Assembly: GCA_004431415.1 (NCBI GenBank)
Contig: QPMI01000249.1
Span: forward strand, 25,079-89,078
DNA from: Cyanophora paradoxa CCMP329
Taxonomy: Eukaryota; Plantae; Glaucophyta
Reading direction: 5' to 3'
Length of the DNA: 64,000 nucleotides
In this document: one piece after another, positions 34,301 to 45,138 of the stretch
Position numbering within the stretch: the first letter of the stretch is position 1
Layout: each line of letters opens with the position of its first letter
Translations under genes and position numbers: made by a program
Notes under the pieces: model-generated
What the model was told of the DNA's origin: nothing
The model's input: only the letters and a program-made list of their open reading frames with translations
The model's database searches: none

Positions 34301-36403
34301 CGGCCTCCGAGAGGCGCCGGAAGGCGGCGGCGCCCTCCCCGGAGCCCCCGGCCGCCAGCGCCGCCCCCGCCTCCCCCGAGGCCGGCTCCGGCGCGCTCAG
34401 CTTGAACCGCTCCGAGAGCACCTGGCGCCATGGTGTTGGAATAAATACTTCCAAACAGAATAATAAATGCCACCGCAGCGGGGGCGGGGCGCATGGGCAT
34501 GGGCACCCGCTCGAGGGCGGCGCGGTCGGCGCCGAAGTTGGAGACGAAGAGGAGGAGGGCGCGGTGGAGGCGGCGCGAGTGGAAGCGGCGGCGGGAGCCG
34601 TCCCCGCGGCGCAGGCGCGGCGCCGCGTCCACGAACGCATCCACGTGCACCTGCGCATGCGCGCCCCGCTCAACAGGATTCGAAAGAGCTCAAATAGAGT
34701 AAGAGACTCAGGCCCAGATGAATTCGGGGCGCGCGCGCCTGGACGCGGACGCCGTCGACGGCGATGTCGCGCCCCCCGAGCGCCGGGGCCGTCCCGTTGA
34801 CGAGGGACCAGAGGGTCCGCCGCGGCGGCCGCGCGTACGGCACCGCCTTAAAGGCCTCTCTGCGCGCCGCCCGGGCTTAAGCTTGAGCCCATGACGAAGG
34901 TTTCAGGTCTTGTGTACGCACAGAAGGCGCCAGGCGAGCTCGCCGTGCCAGGGGACGGTCTGAATGCGCCAGACGGGAAATTCAAGCATTAATTTCAACA
35001 TATGTGAATTTCCCTTTAGAATTTCGCGTCCGGATCGCACCGAGTTGGGCGCGAGGACGACGTTGTGAAGGTGGAGGAGGCGGTCCGTCCCGGGGGCGTC
35101 CGGCAGCGCGACCGCCCCGAAGCCCTCGACCTCCACCGACGGCGGCGCCGAGCTGCGCGCGCGCCCGACGCGTTAGCGGAGTGAGCTCGAATTCGAAGTG
35201 CCTGGGGCCGCATGACCTGTTGCCGGTGAAGAGGTAGGAGGAGGACTGGACGCCGGCGCGGCTGGCGTCCTCGCGCCACGAGAACTGGAAGAGGGAGGAG
35301 GAGCGGGGCAGGGGCGCGGCGGCGGGGGCGGCCGGCACGGGCGCCGGCTTGCGCGTGCGGTTGAAGGCCTCCACGAGGGCGGCCGAGGCGGTCTCGGAGG
35401 CCGTCATCAGGAGCGAGGGTAGGTCCCGCCCCACCTGCGCACGCACCGCCCGCGCGCGGGCGACATGTAAACGAGAAGCCAATGTGCTGGTACCGGTGGA
35501 CGAGGAGGCACCTGGGTCGCCTGGTGCGTCGCGTTGAGCGGAACGGTGGCGTTCGCGCTCGCGCCCGATCCCGAGGCCGCCCCGAGGAGCGAGCGCCGGG
35601 CGGGTCCGCCGTCCTCCGCATCCCCGCGGATCCGAAGGCGGCGACGCGCGGCAGAGGCGGAGCCGGATCCGGAGGCGGAGGCGGAGGCGGAGGCGGAGGC
35701 GGCCCAGGCGAGGAGCTGGGCGTCGGAGGGGCGGGGCACGCGGATGGAGGCGCCGGCGGCCTCGGGGCGCCAGCAGCCGCCGGAGACGGTGACCTCGAGG
35801 GAGGCCGGGAGCGTGTACCCGGAGAGCTGCCCCGGCGGTTCCGGTCGGGGTGATTATAAGGGGGCCGAGGGTCGGGGGCAATTCGCAAGGCCGGGGCCCG
35901 GGGTGACATGACAAGCGGACCTCGAAGCGGAGGAAGTAGGAGCCGTCGGGGACGCCCTCGATGCGGAAGGCGGCGCGCTGCGGGGAGACGCCCGGCAGGC
36001 CGCCGGCCGCCGCCGGCGCCGAGCGCAGGAACGCGTCGCTGCCCAGGGTCACCAGCAGCCGCGGCGCGTCCTCCGCCGTCACCCCCTGCGCATCCGGAGC
36101 TCTCACCGCGCAAAGTCTTACAAGAAGAAGTCTAATAGAACTGCATCTTCATGATCAGATGCATACCTCGACGACGCCGGCGACGACGCCGGCGGGGACG
36201 AAGGCGACGGCGGGGGCGCCCCGGGCGCTCGCCGAGGCCGGGACGAGGACGGGGCAGAGCGAGGGCGGCACCGAGAGCGTCACATCGAACGTGGAGAGCA
36301 CGGCGGCCGCCGGGAGCGAGGCCGCTTCGGCCGGGCCCGGGGCGAGCAGCAGCTGCAGGCTGAGGCCTACGGCGAGTGCGAGAAGGAAGGTGGGCGGCCG
36401 CAT
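25306..36403 (-). CDS. Large secreted protein related to a bacterial zincin-like metallopeptidase family; many exons; one intron holds the LTR element
   Basis: Signal peptide MRPPTFLLALAVGLSLQLLLAPGPAEA (ATG 36403). Exons LLEDMP, GFHAPPGMKYILAR, HEALLFESARFMW, VMHGNRY..LTFQ|VLNLDPDTSYPGKLIGVDIK|VEGPPE, AAPTDPTNPNGGT..FEYHYHENYYTRFFVGDP..LPAGSPGGTWALK|EINLGDKADN..* (stop 25306-25308). Family link is from recall only. Confidence 0.65.
26135..26417 (-). repeat. 3' LTR
   Basis: Direct repeat of 31147-31429 with TG...CA ends. Confidence 0.97.
26418..26432 (-). other. Polypurine tract
   Basis: Minus strand reads TCCGAGAGGAGGAGT immediately before the 3' LTR. Confidence 0.85.
29127..30656 (-). CDS. 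gag: Gag of the LTR element (509 aa)
   Basis: Intronless ORF after the PBS; CGRCGEAGHHHSAC (CX2CX4HX4C) plus a variant knuckle CYGC-X12-HWANVC. Confidence 0.8.
   Translation of the reverse strand: MSNSSELISSEVRSRLSALAHIEPVHAQAGAALHVQQLAASAAADDDPVRIAFLPANPRLADGDRFRKDVRNFQSALPTKYLFGPDSAGGQEYSKSEALAGVIVGRIRPGALRAEIERKRDLYEASVALLERDRATLARLELVPANLRSAEDDANILALQQSCVRDEATIVAVRDSYLRAPGLLDTITAWIHKLRPHAACRALTEPYTGEDPRSWHDWVMPLVRHTLPPGQRLAAYYADCLRIALEARSTSKDPEYQNLEVRMAGFAKENERTMREFLAALQQRLLARDGAVSPLELDDIFIEQCTRHGCRAVFPPAPAAAQPPEAKRTRILQAKFAEDESSSSLGPAAPRDADPRAQPSISARGSSWAVQSRSPAAVAEVLRRMSELGYPEYPPSDCYGCSDDPSVPVEARRHWANVCPKRTPFAPVRPWVRRGQYYRPKQSQEDAADEQEYWSDEGKQDPDEVCGRCGEAGHHHSACSDPPTRAARPALPAPSSSAAPTARPAAERE
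31122..31146 (-). other. Primer-binding site complementary to a tRNA 3' end including the T-loop
   Basis: + strand GG-TTCGATT-CCGG-CAGAATGGC-G-CC abutting the 5' LTR. Confidence 0.8.
31147..31429 (-). repeat. 5' LTR
   Basis: Direct repeat of 26135-26417. Confidence 0.97.
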
Positions 36404-37526
36404 GTATATGCGGAGCCGCCACACGTTTCGCCTTCGGCTTCTTGAGCTGGCCATATGCATCAGGGGCGAGCTCGAAGCCGTCAACATCTGCGTGCCAGCC
36501 TGGCAGTTCTTGCGCGGCGGCGATATCGCTTGCTCGATCGGCTGCTCTAGATCTACGATCTGGAACTTCGGAATGGGCGCCACCTAGGCCTTAAGCTTGA
36601 GCCACTGGAAAACGCGCTGCTGTTCAACGCGCGCGCCTTCTGCTGCTTAGCCTTGCTTGCCAGCAGGCTTGCTGTGGCACATGTAAAGACCTGCGCCGCT
36701 GCGCGGCCGCCGCACTCGCTGCTGCGCTCTCTCTTGCAGGCAAGCCTGAAGTTGCAGGCTTGCAGCTGCGCATGCAGCCGGGATCCTGCGGCAATATTTA
36801 ATATTTCGCCGTCAATGGCCATCTGAGCTGTGAGACCGATGAATGTGAAAGTGTTAATTTGGTTTTTTAAAGGCGTTTATAAATGAATGCGTTTATAAAA
36901 TTAAAGGCGACTTCTAATATTAATATTTGGAGTCCGGAATTTTGGATCGACGAGTACGTGGATTTATCGGTGGATTCACGGCCCGCGGGCGCCGGCTAGC
37001 TGCGGCCCGCCGGCGCGCCGGCCTGCGGGAGGCTGCGGCCCGCGCGCCGCGGCCCGCGGGCTGCGCGGCCCAGCCGGGCGCCGCCCCCCCGCGGCCGCGT
37101 CCGCGGGCCGGGCGGCCCAGCCGAGATGGGACTACCCCCTACGGAAATTAGAAGATCATCCAAAAACTTTTATTACTATAAATTTGCAGCAGCATTACGC
37201 ATACGGGCTCCGCTTTGCAGCAGCAGAAGCAGGAAGAAGGAACTTCAAGGAAGCAGCGCGCTAGTGCTGCAGGGCCGGCCCTGCAGCAGCAGCCTAGTGA
37301 AGCAGAGTCCGCAGAGAGTGCAGAATCACTGCAGAGCCGGCGGTCTGCAACTACAGCACACGCTGATCATGACCTGTGATCATGACTTCCTGTCTGGCCC
37401 CAGCGCTGACGCGGTCCTGCACGCCATGATGACCGAGCGCAACACGGCAAACATAAAAGCGGCACGCCTACGGAATCTACGGATGCGTACGCGCCCGCGG
37501 CCGGCCGCGGTCCCTTGGCCATATGC

Positions 37527-39316
37527 ATGCATATGCGTATATGGGCCCGTCTGGCCCTCTGGGCGCTCGCCCTCGCCTTGTCCATGTTCGCGGCACCGGT
37601 GTTGATGCCAATTGCAACCGCCTCCGCCCAGCCGTGCGACGGCTCTCTGGAAGTCGCCGCCGCGTCCGCCGAGAGCAGCGTGCTCTGGTGCGCTCGATAG
37701 CGCGCGCGCGCCCTTGGCCCCTGTGACCAACAGTAGCGCAAGCTGACCCCGGCCCGACCCAGGCTTCCCCCGGGCGCGACCGTGCAACTGGAGACGGGCG
37801 CCGCGGGCGCACCCGTGCGAGCTCAGTACCGGTTCGAACCGCGGCCGCGAATCGCCCGGCTTGCAATAGGAAATTCGAAGTGCTGCACTGCGGCAGCTGC
37901 AGCTGCAGCTGCACCGATCCGCGCGCCGACGTTTGCGCGCCGGCGCGGGCGCACAGGTACACGACGCTGCGCATGCTGGGCAAGTGTTACGCGGCCATCA
38001 ACCAGACCGTCCTCACTGAGGCCCGCCGCGCCCGGCTCCCAAGCTTGAGCCCCGCGCGCCCCGCCGGCGTCGCCTCACGGATCAGACTGTGCGCGCAGGC
38101 GGCCTGGCTCTCTCCGATCGACGACCCCGACCTCTTCTTCAGGAGCGAGGTCACCCTCATCAACTCGGACGGCGGCTCCGGTGTGCGGCGCCGGCGCTCA
38201 GCGGCTCGCATTTGTCTCGGCCTCGCGGGTGCATGCGCAAGCGCGCGCCGGTTGACGGGAGGGCGCTGTGCCGCGGCAGGCGGCGCCGGCGGGCAAGGGA
38301 GCGCCAACTCGAGCTCGAGCCCCGGCACGAATTCGAACTCGACGCGGGGCCAGGGCCTCCCCGTCCCGGCGTTGGACGGCTCGGCTCCGGCCCTCGAGCA
38401 GGCCCGCCGCCTCGCCGCCGCCACCTCGGCGGTCCTCCAGGCAGGCCCCCGCCGGCGCCCCGCCCCGGCCCGGGCCCCGTGCCGCCCGCTGGAACGCCTC
38501 GCAGCTGAAGCTGGACTTGGACTTGGCGGCGTTCAACAGCTCGGAGGGGGTGCGGGGGGAGCTGCTCTCGGCCCTCGCCGCCGCGCTGCGCGCCGCCGTC
38601 GCCCAGCTGCGCCTCCTCTCCTACGCCCCCGGCAGCGTCCTCGCCACCGTGCGGCCCGGGCCCTCCCGAGACCGACGTCGACAGGTTGGGTTCCACATGT
38701 GACCCGCCGAGGCGGCGCGGGCCGGGGGCAGGTGGAGATCATGCACGGGAGCGCGGCCGGGCAGCGGCCGGCCGCCGAGATCCTGCGCGACCTTCAGGTG
38801 CCCGCGGCCCCGGGACCCCGGGGCTCTCCTGGCCCGCAGCCTCTTCCAACGGGTACCCCCCTCCGCAGGCCTCGCTCGCCGCCGGGAACTTCACCCTCGG
38901 CTCCCGCTTCCCCGTCCTCGCCGCCGCCGCCTACGCGCCCCTCGGTCCGCCCGCTCGCGATCGGCCGCCGCGCCCACTAGTAGAATTATCGCCTCGTGAT
39001 CGAGCCTAACGTTGAACATTCGCAGCCTCGACCAGTGGTAACGGTCCAGTCTCCCCCACGTCGTCCTCCTCCTCGTCGGACGCGGCGCTGATCGGGGGCC
39101 TGGTCGGCGGCCTCGGGGGCGCGGCCCTGATCGCCGCCGTCGTCGCTGGCGCGGTGCTCTGGCGCCGCCGCCGCGCAAAGGTGCCGCCCCCGCGGCCGCG
39201 TCGGCTCCTTTGCCGACCGATCCCTTGATCCGCAGACGGCGCAGAGCTTGAGCTCGAGGCCCAAGACCGTCGACGTCGCGGCCGCCGCCCCCTCGAGCTC
39301 TCCGCCAAACATATAG
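37527..39316 (+). CDS. Type I membrane / cell-surface protein, multi-exon
   Basis: Signal peptide MRIWARLALWALALALSMFAAP; ectodomain with a (Y)APGSV motif; TM helix ALIGGLVGGLGGAALIAAVVAGAVLW followed by RRRRAK. Confidence 0.7.
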
Positions 39317-39898
39317 GAGAGAGCGCATGTACAGAAGGAGAGTTGAGCTGCGCTTCGTTTTCGTTAGCATTCATTGAATCGCACGCGATTGCCTGGGGCC
39401 GCAGGACTGGCCGCGGCGCGTGGGGACTCGCCGGGGGGGTACCGGTGGGGGGGGGGGGCCGGGGGGGGGGGGGGGGGGGCGGTGCGGGGGGCCGAGGCCG
39501 CGCCGGGAGCCTCGGAGCGCCGGCGCCAATTGCAACTGCCGCGCCGCAGTGCACGTGCGAAGGCCTAGAGCTCGAGCGATGTCGACGTCGGACGTCGACG
39601 GGCTACGTATCCGTACTATATACGCATACCGCGCGCGGCGCCTAGGGCCTGATCATGACAGCGGAGTCGACGTCGACGTCTCGATCGATGTCAACAACAT
39701 GCATATGCATATGATCATGAAGGGGTTAATTCGTCCAGTGGCCACGTGCACATGCACTCTGGCCCGCGGCCGAACCGACGTCGACCTGCGCAGCTGGTTC
39801 AACGGTTCGACCTGGAATCGACCACGGGCGGGGGGTACGACAAGCGCACTTGAACCAAGGGCGGCGCCGCCGGGGCGCGAGACGCGAACCAGAGCAGC

Positions 39899-42756
39899 GA
39901 TGCACCTGCCAGCGGAACCGCGCAGGGATGAAGAGGCTGGCGCTGGACCGACCGCACCTGGCGGCCCCGGTGCGTCCTACGCTCGCCGGCCGTTTCCCTG
40001 AGCTGTTAGAACAGCAGCCCGAAGCCCTGTGACTATCCTTATGATGCGAACGCCCTCAGGCGTCGTGCTCACCGCGCCGCTCGGCATCGAGAGCCCGGAG
40101 GAGCGTCCGCCGCCGCGCGTCGAGTCCGCGTCGAGCGCTCGCACGTCGCTGGACACCGACCGCGAGAAGGAGGTGCGTCCAGTGCCGAGCGGCCCGCTTC
40201 GACCCGCCTCCCTTAACAGACTGCGCCGCAGCTCGTCGACGGCGTGCCCGTGCCGCCCGAGCAGCAGCACTCGAACCCGACGTCCACGTACCACATCTTC
40301 CTCATCGGCGTGGTCCGTGCTGGGGCCCCCTCCCCACGCGCTGCGTCCGTCGCCGACCTCTGTGCAGGTCTATTTTGTGCAAGGCGCGCTGGTCGTGGCT
40401 AATCTTTCAATGCAGTACTTCCTCAAAGGCGCGCCCCGCGCCCCGCCCCGCAGCGCCCCGCCCCGCCCCGCACCGCCCCCACCGCCCACCCGCCCTGACC
40501 GCATGCCCCGCAGACGACCTGAACCTTTCTCCCGTGGAGGCGACCGCGGTGATCGCAGCGGGTGGGCAGCCGCTCCGGGCGCGCCGGCGCTGGGCGGAAG
40601 CGAGGCTGACGGGGCGGGGCAGCGGCCTTCCCGTGGGCGATCAAGCCCCTCTGGGGCTTCGCGTCCGACAGCTTCCCCATCTGCGGCTACCGCCGCCGGC
40701 CCTACCTCTTCTTCTCCGGCCTCCTCACCATGTTCGGCTGGCACGGTGCTCGCCTAGCTTGACGACGTTGACTCGAGCCAGCTCGTCCGTCTGGCTTGAC
40801 TCTGCGGGCTCAGCGATGGCCGCGCTGGTGTACAACCCGGCGGGGGCGACGGCGTGCCTCATCGCCGCGTCCATGGGCATCGCCATCGGCGACGTCCTCG
40901 TCGACTCCATCGGTGAGCGCACCCTGCGCCGCCCGCCCGCCCCGTCCCCGCCGGCGACTCCAGCTTCGCGCGACGCGTCCACGTCCCCGGCGACCGCCGC
41001 GCCCCTTCGAATCTCCACCCTCGTCTCCTTCCGCCGCCCGCTCCGCCCCGCTCAGCCCCGCACCATTCTGCTTAGATCTTTGAGCCGGCCGCGCGCAGTG
41101 GTGGAGTGGATCCAGGGGGGCACGGCGGCCTACGCGGCGCACCTCCAGTCCGTCTGCTACATCGCCAAGGCCTGCGGCGAGATCCTCTCGGGGTGCGCCC
41201 CGCGCGGCCCTCCCCCGCCCGCCCCCCCACGAGCCGAGCGGGGGCAGCTTCTTCGGCGGCTTCGCCCTCGAGTTCGTGCCGAAGCGGGTCATCTTCGCGG
41301 CGGCCGGCGCCTGCGCCATCCTCGTCTCCGCCGTCGCCATCCTCCTCGGCGAACAGCCCGTCCACCGCCGCCGCCCCGCCCCGGGGGCACCCGCTCCGCC
41401 CCGCTCCGCCGCCGCCCACTTCAAGCAGCAGGCGCCCCCGCCCCGCCCGCCCTCCGTGCGCCCCCACCGCCCTCGGCTCAAACGCTTTGCCCCCCCGCAG
41501 GTGGCGCTTCTGAAGGAGGCGGTTCTCCGGAAGGAGTTCCTGTACCCCGTCGGCGCCATCTTCCTCCTCGGCGCCATGCCCTCCTGCGGTACCCCCCCCC
41601 CCCCCCCCCCTTCTCGTCCTCGCACCCCTCCCGAGCGTGGCCCCGCAGGCTCGTCCATGTTCTACTATCTCACCAACGAGCTCAAGTTCCCGCCCCGCGT
41701 CCGTATCCCCTCCCTCCCGCCCCCCCCCCCCCCCCCCGCCGTGTACCCCTGAATCCCCCTTCTGAAAAACAGGTGCTGGGGTACGTGAACCTGAGCCGAA
41801 GCATCGCGCACCTGGTGCGCGCCGCGCCTCGCGCCCCGTGCCCCGCGCCCCATGCCCCGCGCCCCGCGCCCTGCGCCCCGCGCCCCGCGGCGGGCCGACG
41901 GCCTCACCCGGGGGCGCGCAGGCGGGGGTGGCGCTGTACCGGCGCTTCTTCTACCGCCACAGCTTCGTCCGCATCGTCGTCGGCGGCGTCGTCGTCGGCG
42001 CGCCTCCTCCTCCTCCTCCTCCCCCTCCCTGCGCCGCTCAGGCGGGGCGGCAGGGACGGCTATGCGGCTGACGCAGCTGCTGCTGGTGACGCGGGCGAAC
42101 CTGGCGCTGGGCATCCCCGACGAGGTCTTCGTCGTCGGCGACTCCGCCATCCTCGCCGCCGTCATGCAGGTGCCCCCGCCTGCCCCCTCGCCGCGCTCCA
42201 GAGTCTTTGCATCGAGCCCGTGTGGCGGGCGGCAGTTCTGCGCCCTGCCGCTGATGGCGGCCTGCGCGCTGCTGTGCCCCCCGGGCGTCGAGGGAAGCGT
42301 GTTTGCGCTCATCATGTCCTGCAACAAGCTCGCCCACATGCTCTCCGACTACCTCGGCGCCGGTGCCTCGTCCACCTCGCGCCTCGACCCTGGCTTCGAC
42401 CCGACGCTCTTCCTAACGATGCAACTCCGGGGCGGCGCGTCTCGCAGGGCTGACGTGGGCGCTGGGGATCACGCGGACGGACTTCACGCACCTCTGGGCG
42501 CTGCTGCTCATCTGCCACCTCTCGCACCTGCTGCCCCTGCCCCTCTTCTTCTTCGCCGGCTTCCCCGACGTGTCCGCCTCCATTGCCGCCGAGAAGGCGC
42601 CCCCCAACACCCCCCTCGGCGCTCGCAAGGTCGGTGCCAGCACCCCGCTCCGCCTCCCGAGCGAGTTCTGACGCGCGCCGGGGCACGCAGGGCCAGGAGA
42701 TGGTCCAGAACGCGGCGGTGCCCGAATTCGAGCGCGGCGGCCAGCAGCCCGTGTAG
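39899..42756 (+). CDS. Folate-biopterin transporter (BT1/FBT family, MFS), multi-exon
   Basis: VYFVQG, DDLNLSP, LPWAIKPLWGFASDSFPICGYRRRPY, DVLVDS, NLALGIPDEVFVVGD, LCPPGVEGSVFALIMS; start uncertain (39899 or 40041). Confidence 0.92.
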
Positions 42757-42931
42757 CCCCGCCGCCAGGCGTCGCGTGACTCGCGTCCACCGCCCCGTCG
42801 TTGTTTTGTAATACATAGCTAGATATGAACATATGTGCGTTTACCTATGTATGGATTCATTTCACGTTCAGCTACGTATCTTCCCTCGCACTGCACCCGG
42901 TCTGCTTCTAGGGCGCCCAATCTAACACGAT

Positions 42932-44936
42932 CTACATCGAAGCGCTTCGACCGCGCTTCTCGAGCTCAGGCAGCCGCCCGGCCGGCGGCTGAGCGGAGGC
43001 TACGCCCTCCAGACATGCACTGAGCCGCCCAGGTCCCCAGCCGCCAGCGTGCTCCCTGAACGCGGCGCGGTGCGGCGTCAACGCGCGGCGCTCGGCGTCG
43101 GCGGGCCAATCGAGAGCGTGAGGGGGAGGCGGCCGTGGGCGCATGCGCACCGTCGGCGGAGATGGCGACGCACGTGACGGGCTCCGGCAAGTCCCCGATC
43201 GAACGGAAGACGTTCCCCTCCGCCTGTCCCCCGCTCAGAAGGCGGGCCGGGGCGAGGCGGGGCGGGGCGGGGCGGGGCGGGGCGCACGCCGCGGGGCTCG
43301 GGCCCGCCGCGGGCGCGCCAGAAGGCGAGGGAGTGGCGCTTGCCGAGCGGGTCGCTGCCGGCGCAGAGGACGAGGCGGGCGGCGAAGGCGAAGCGGGGCC
43401 GGCAGCGCTGGGCGAGGCAGAGGCCCTCGAGGGACTCGAGCCCGCGCCGCGAGGCGAGCTCCCACAGCTTGACCGTCCCGTCCTCGCTCCCCGTCATCAC
43501 CACGGGGCCCCCGGGCCCCCCCGCGCCCGCCGCCACGCTGTACACCCGCACCTCCTTCCGCCGCCGCTTGCCCCCGGGCCCGCGCTCCTGCACCTGCGCC
43601 CGCCCTCAGCGCGCGGCCTCTCTTCGCCACAGGGCGCGTGCCGCCGCGCGCCTCGCTAAGGTGGCCGGCGAAGGGCCGGCGGTAGGCCTTGAGGGCCTTG
43701 TCGAAGACGGGGGCCGTGGAGACGGCCGCGCACTCGAGCCGCGCCGCCGGCTCCCGCAGCTCGTCCTGCGGGCCGGTGAGGCGGGCCGAGCGGCGGAGCG
43801 GGGGCGGGGAGGACCTCGGGGGGCCCGAGGGCGGCGGACCAGCCCCAGGACTCGAAGGAGGCGGCTGTCGAGGCGGCGCCGCTCGACGCGCTCTCTCCGC
43901 CGCTGCTCCGCCGCTCCTGCCGCGGGCTCTCCCCCGCCGCCTTCGCCTGCCCGCGGCCCTCTGCGTGCCTCGGCGTGCACGGGCCCTCCTCGGGGGGCGC
44001 CGCGGTCGCGCTCCCCGGCGGGGAGGGCGCCGGCTGGTTCAAATCCTCGTCCGCCGCGTCCCAAATCGTCCGCGTGCGCTCTGCGACCCAGATGAGACGA
44101 GCGGCGGGGTCGAAAAGAGGGGCGCGCGCACCGGCCTCGGCGCGCGCGTTCAGGACGGTGAGGCGTTCGGCCGCCTTCCTCAGGTCCCACACGTAGGCCC
44201 CGAGGGGCGAGTCGGTGACGAGCGTGTGGAGACCCTCGCCCGGGACGAACGTCGCAGTCGTCGCCCGCGGCGCCTGCTGGATGCGGAAGACCGGGTTTCT
44301 GCAGGAGCGATGCCACACCGCGACGCTCCCATCCATGGCCGCCGTCGCCGCGACGTCGCCGGTGCCGTCCAAGCAGCATCCTGTCACGTATGAGGTGTGG
44401 TGGTCGAATCTGTTGGACCTTTAAGATGCGCCGTTGGGAAAGGATGCGCCGCGACGCGCCTGCGAACGGCGGTCGGCTCGCAGGCGCGTCGCACGTCGTG
44501 CAGCCGAACAGAGCAGTCGTCTCCGCAAGATAGAAGGGAGTCGCCCACCGCATCAAGGCTGCGCAGAGGCTAGGGCGTCAGAGCCGGCTAGGCCACGCGG
44601 CGAAGTAGTGCATCACCAGTTGATCGCGGATTGATGCGCGTGCGCAGAGACGATGTTGCTGATTGTCGTCCCTGATATTCGCCAGAGTTTGATAGCTCCG
44701 TCCGCATCCGCCGTTGCGAGAACATCTGAGATCAAATTTTACGCGTTTGAATCGCTTCGCTCAGCGAGAGGCGCAGGCCACCCACCATACGGATCAAGCA
44801 TCTTCGCGTCGTATACGGCGGCGAGATGCGAGTGCGGCGTGCCCGGAGTGACCGAGAGCCGAGCGGCCCGGACGAGCCGCTCCAGAATGAGCGCCTCGGC
44901 CGCCGCGCGTCCGCGGAAGCGCGTCGGCAGGTCCAT
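42932..44936 (-). CDS. WD40-repeat protein, multi-exon
   Basis: VAATAAMDGSVAVWH, AYVWDLR, MTGSEDGTVKLWE, PVTCVAISADG; 3' end approximate; head-to-head with UBA2. Confidence 0.7.
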
Positions 44937-45138
44937 TACTCCGTTTTCGCGCCGCCGCGCCGTTGCCGCCGCCGCCGCACTCGAAGCGCGCTCGGTGGCC
45001 CGCCGCCGCTCGCTGGTCGTTGCCAATCGCCGATCCCAACAGCAAATGATCGCCGCGGCCGCCGAGAGTTGTCGCCGAGTCGCCTCGCCTAGGCCTGTGG
45101 CAGCGAGTTGAATGTCGACTCGATACCCCCCTAGCGCG

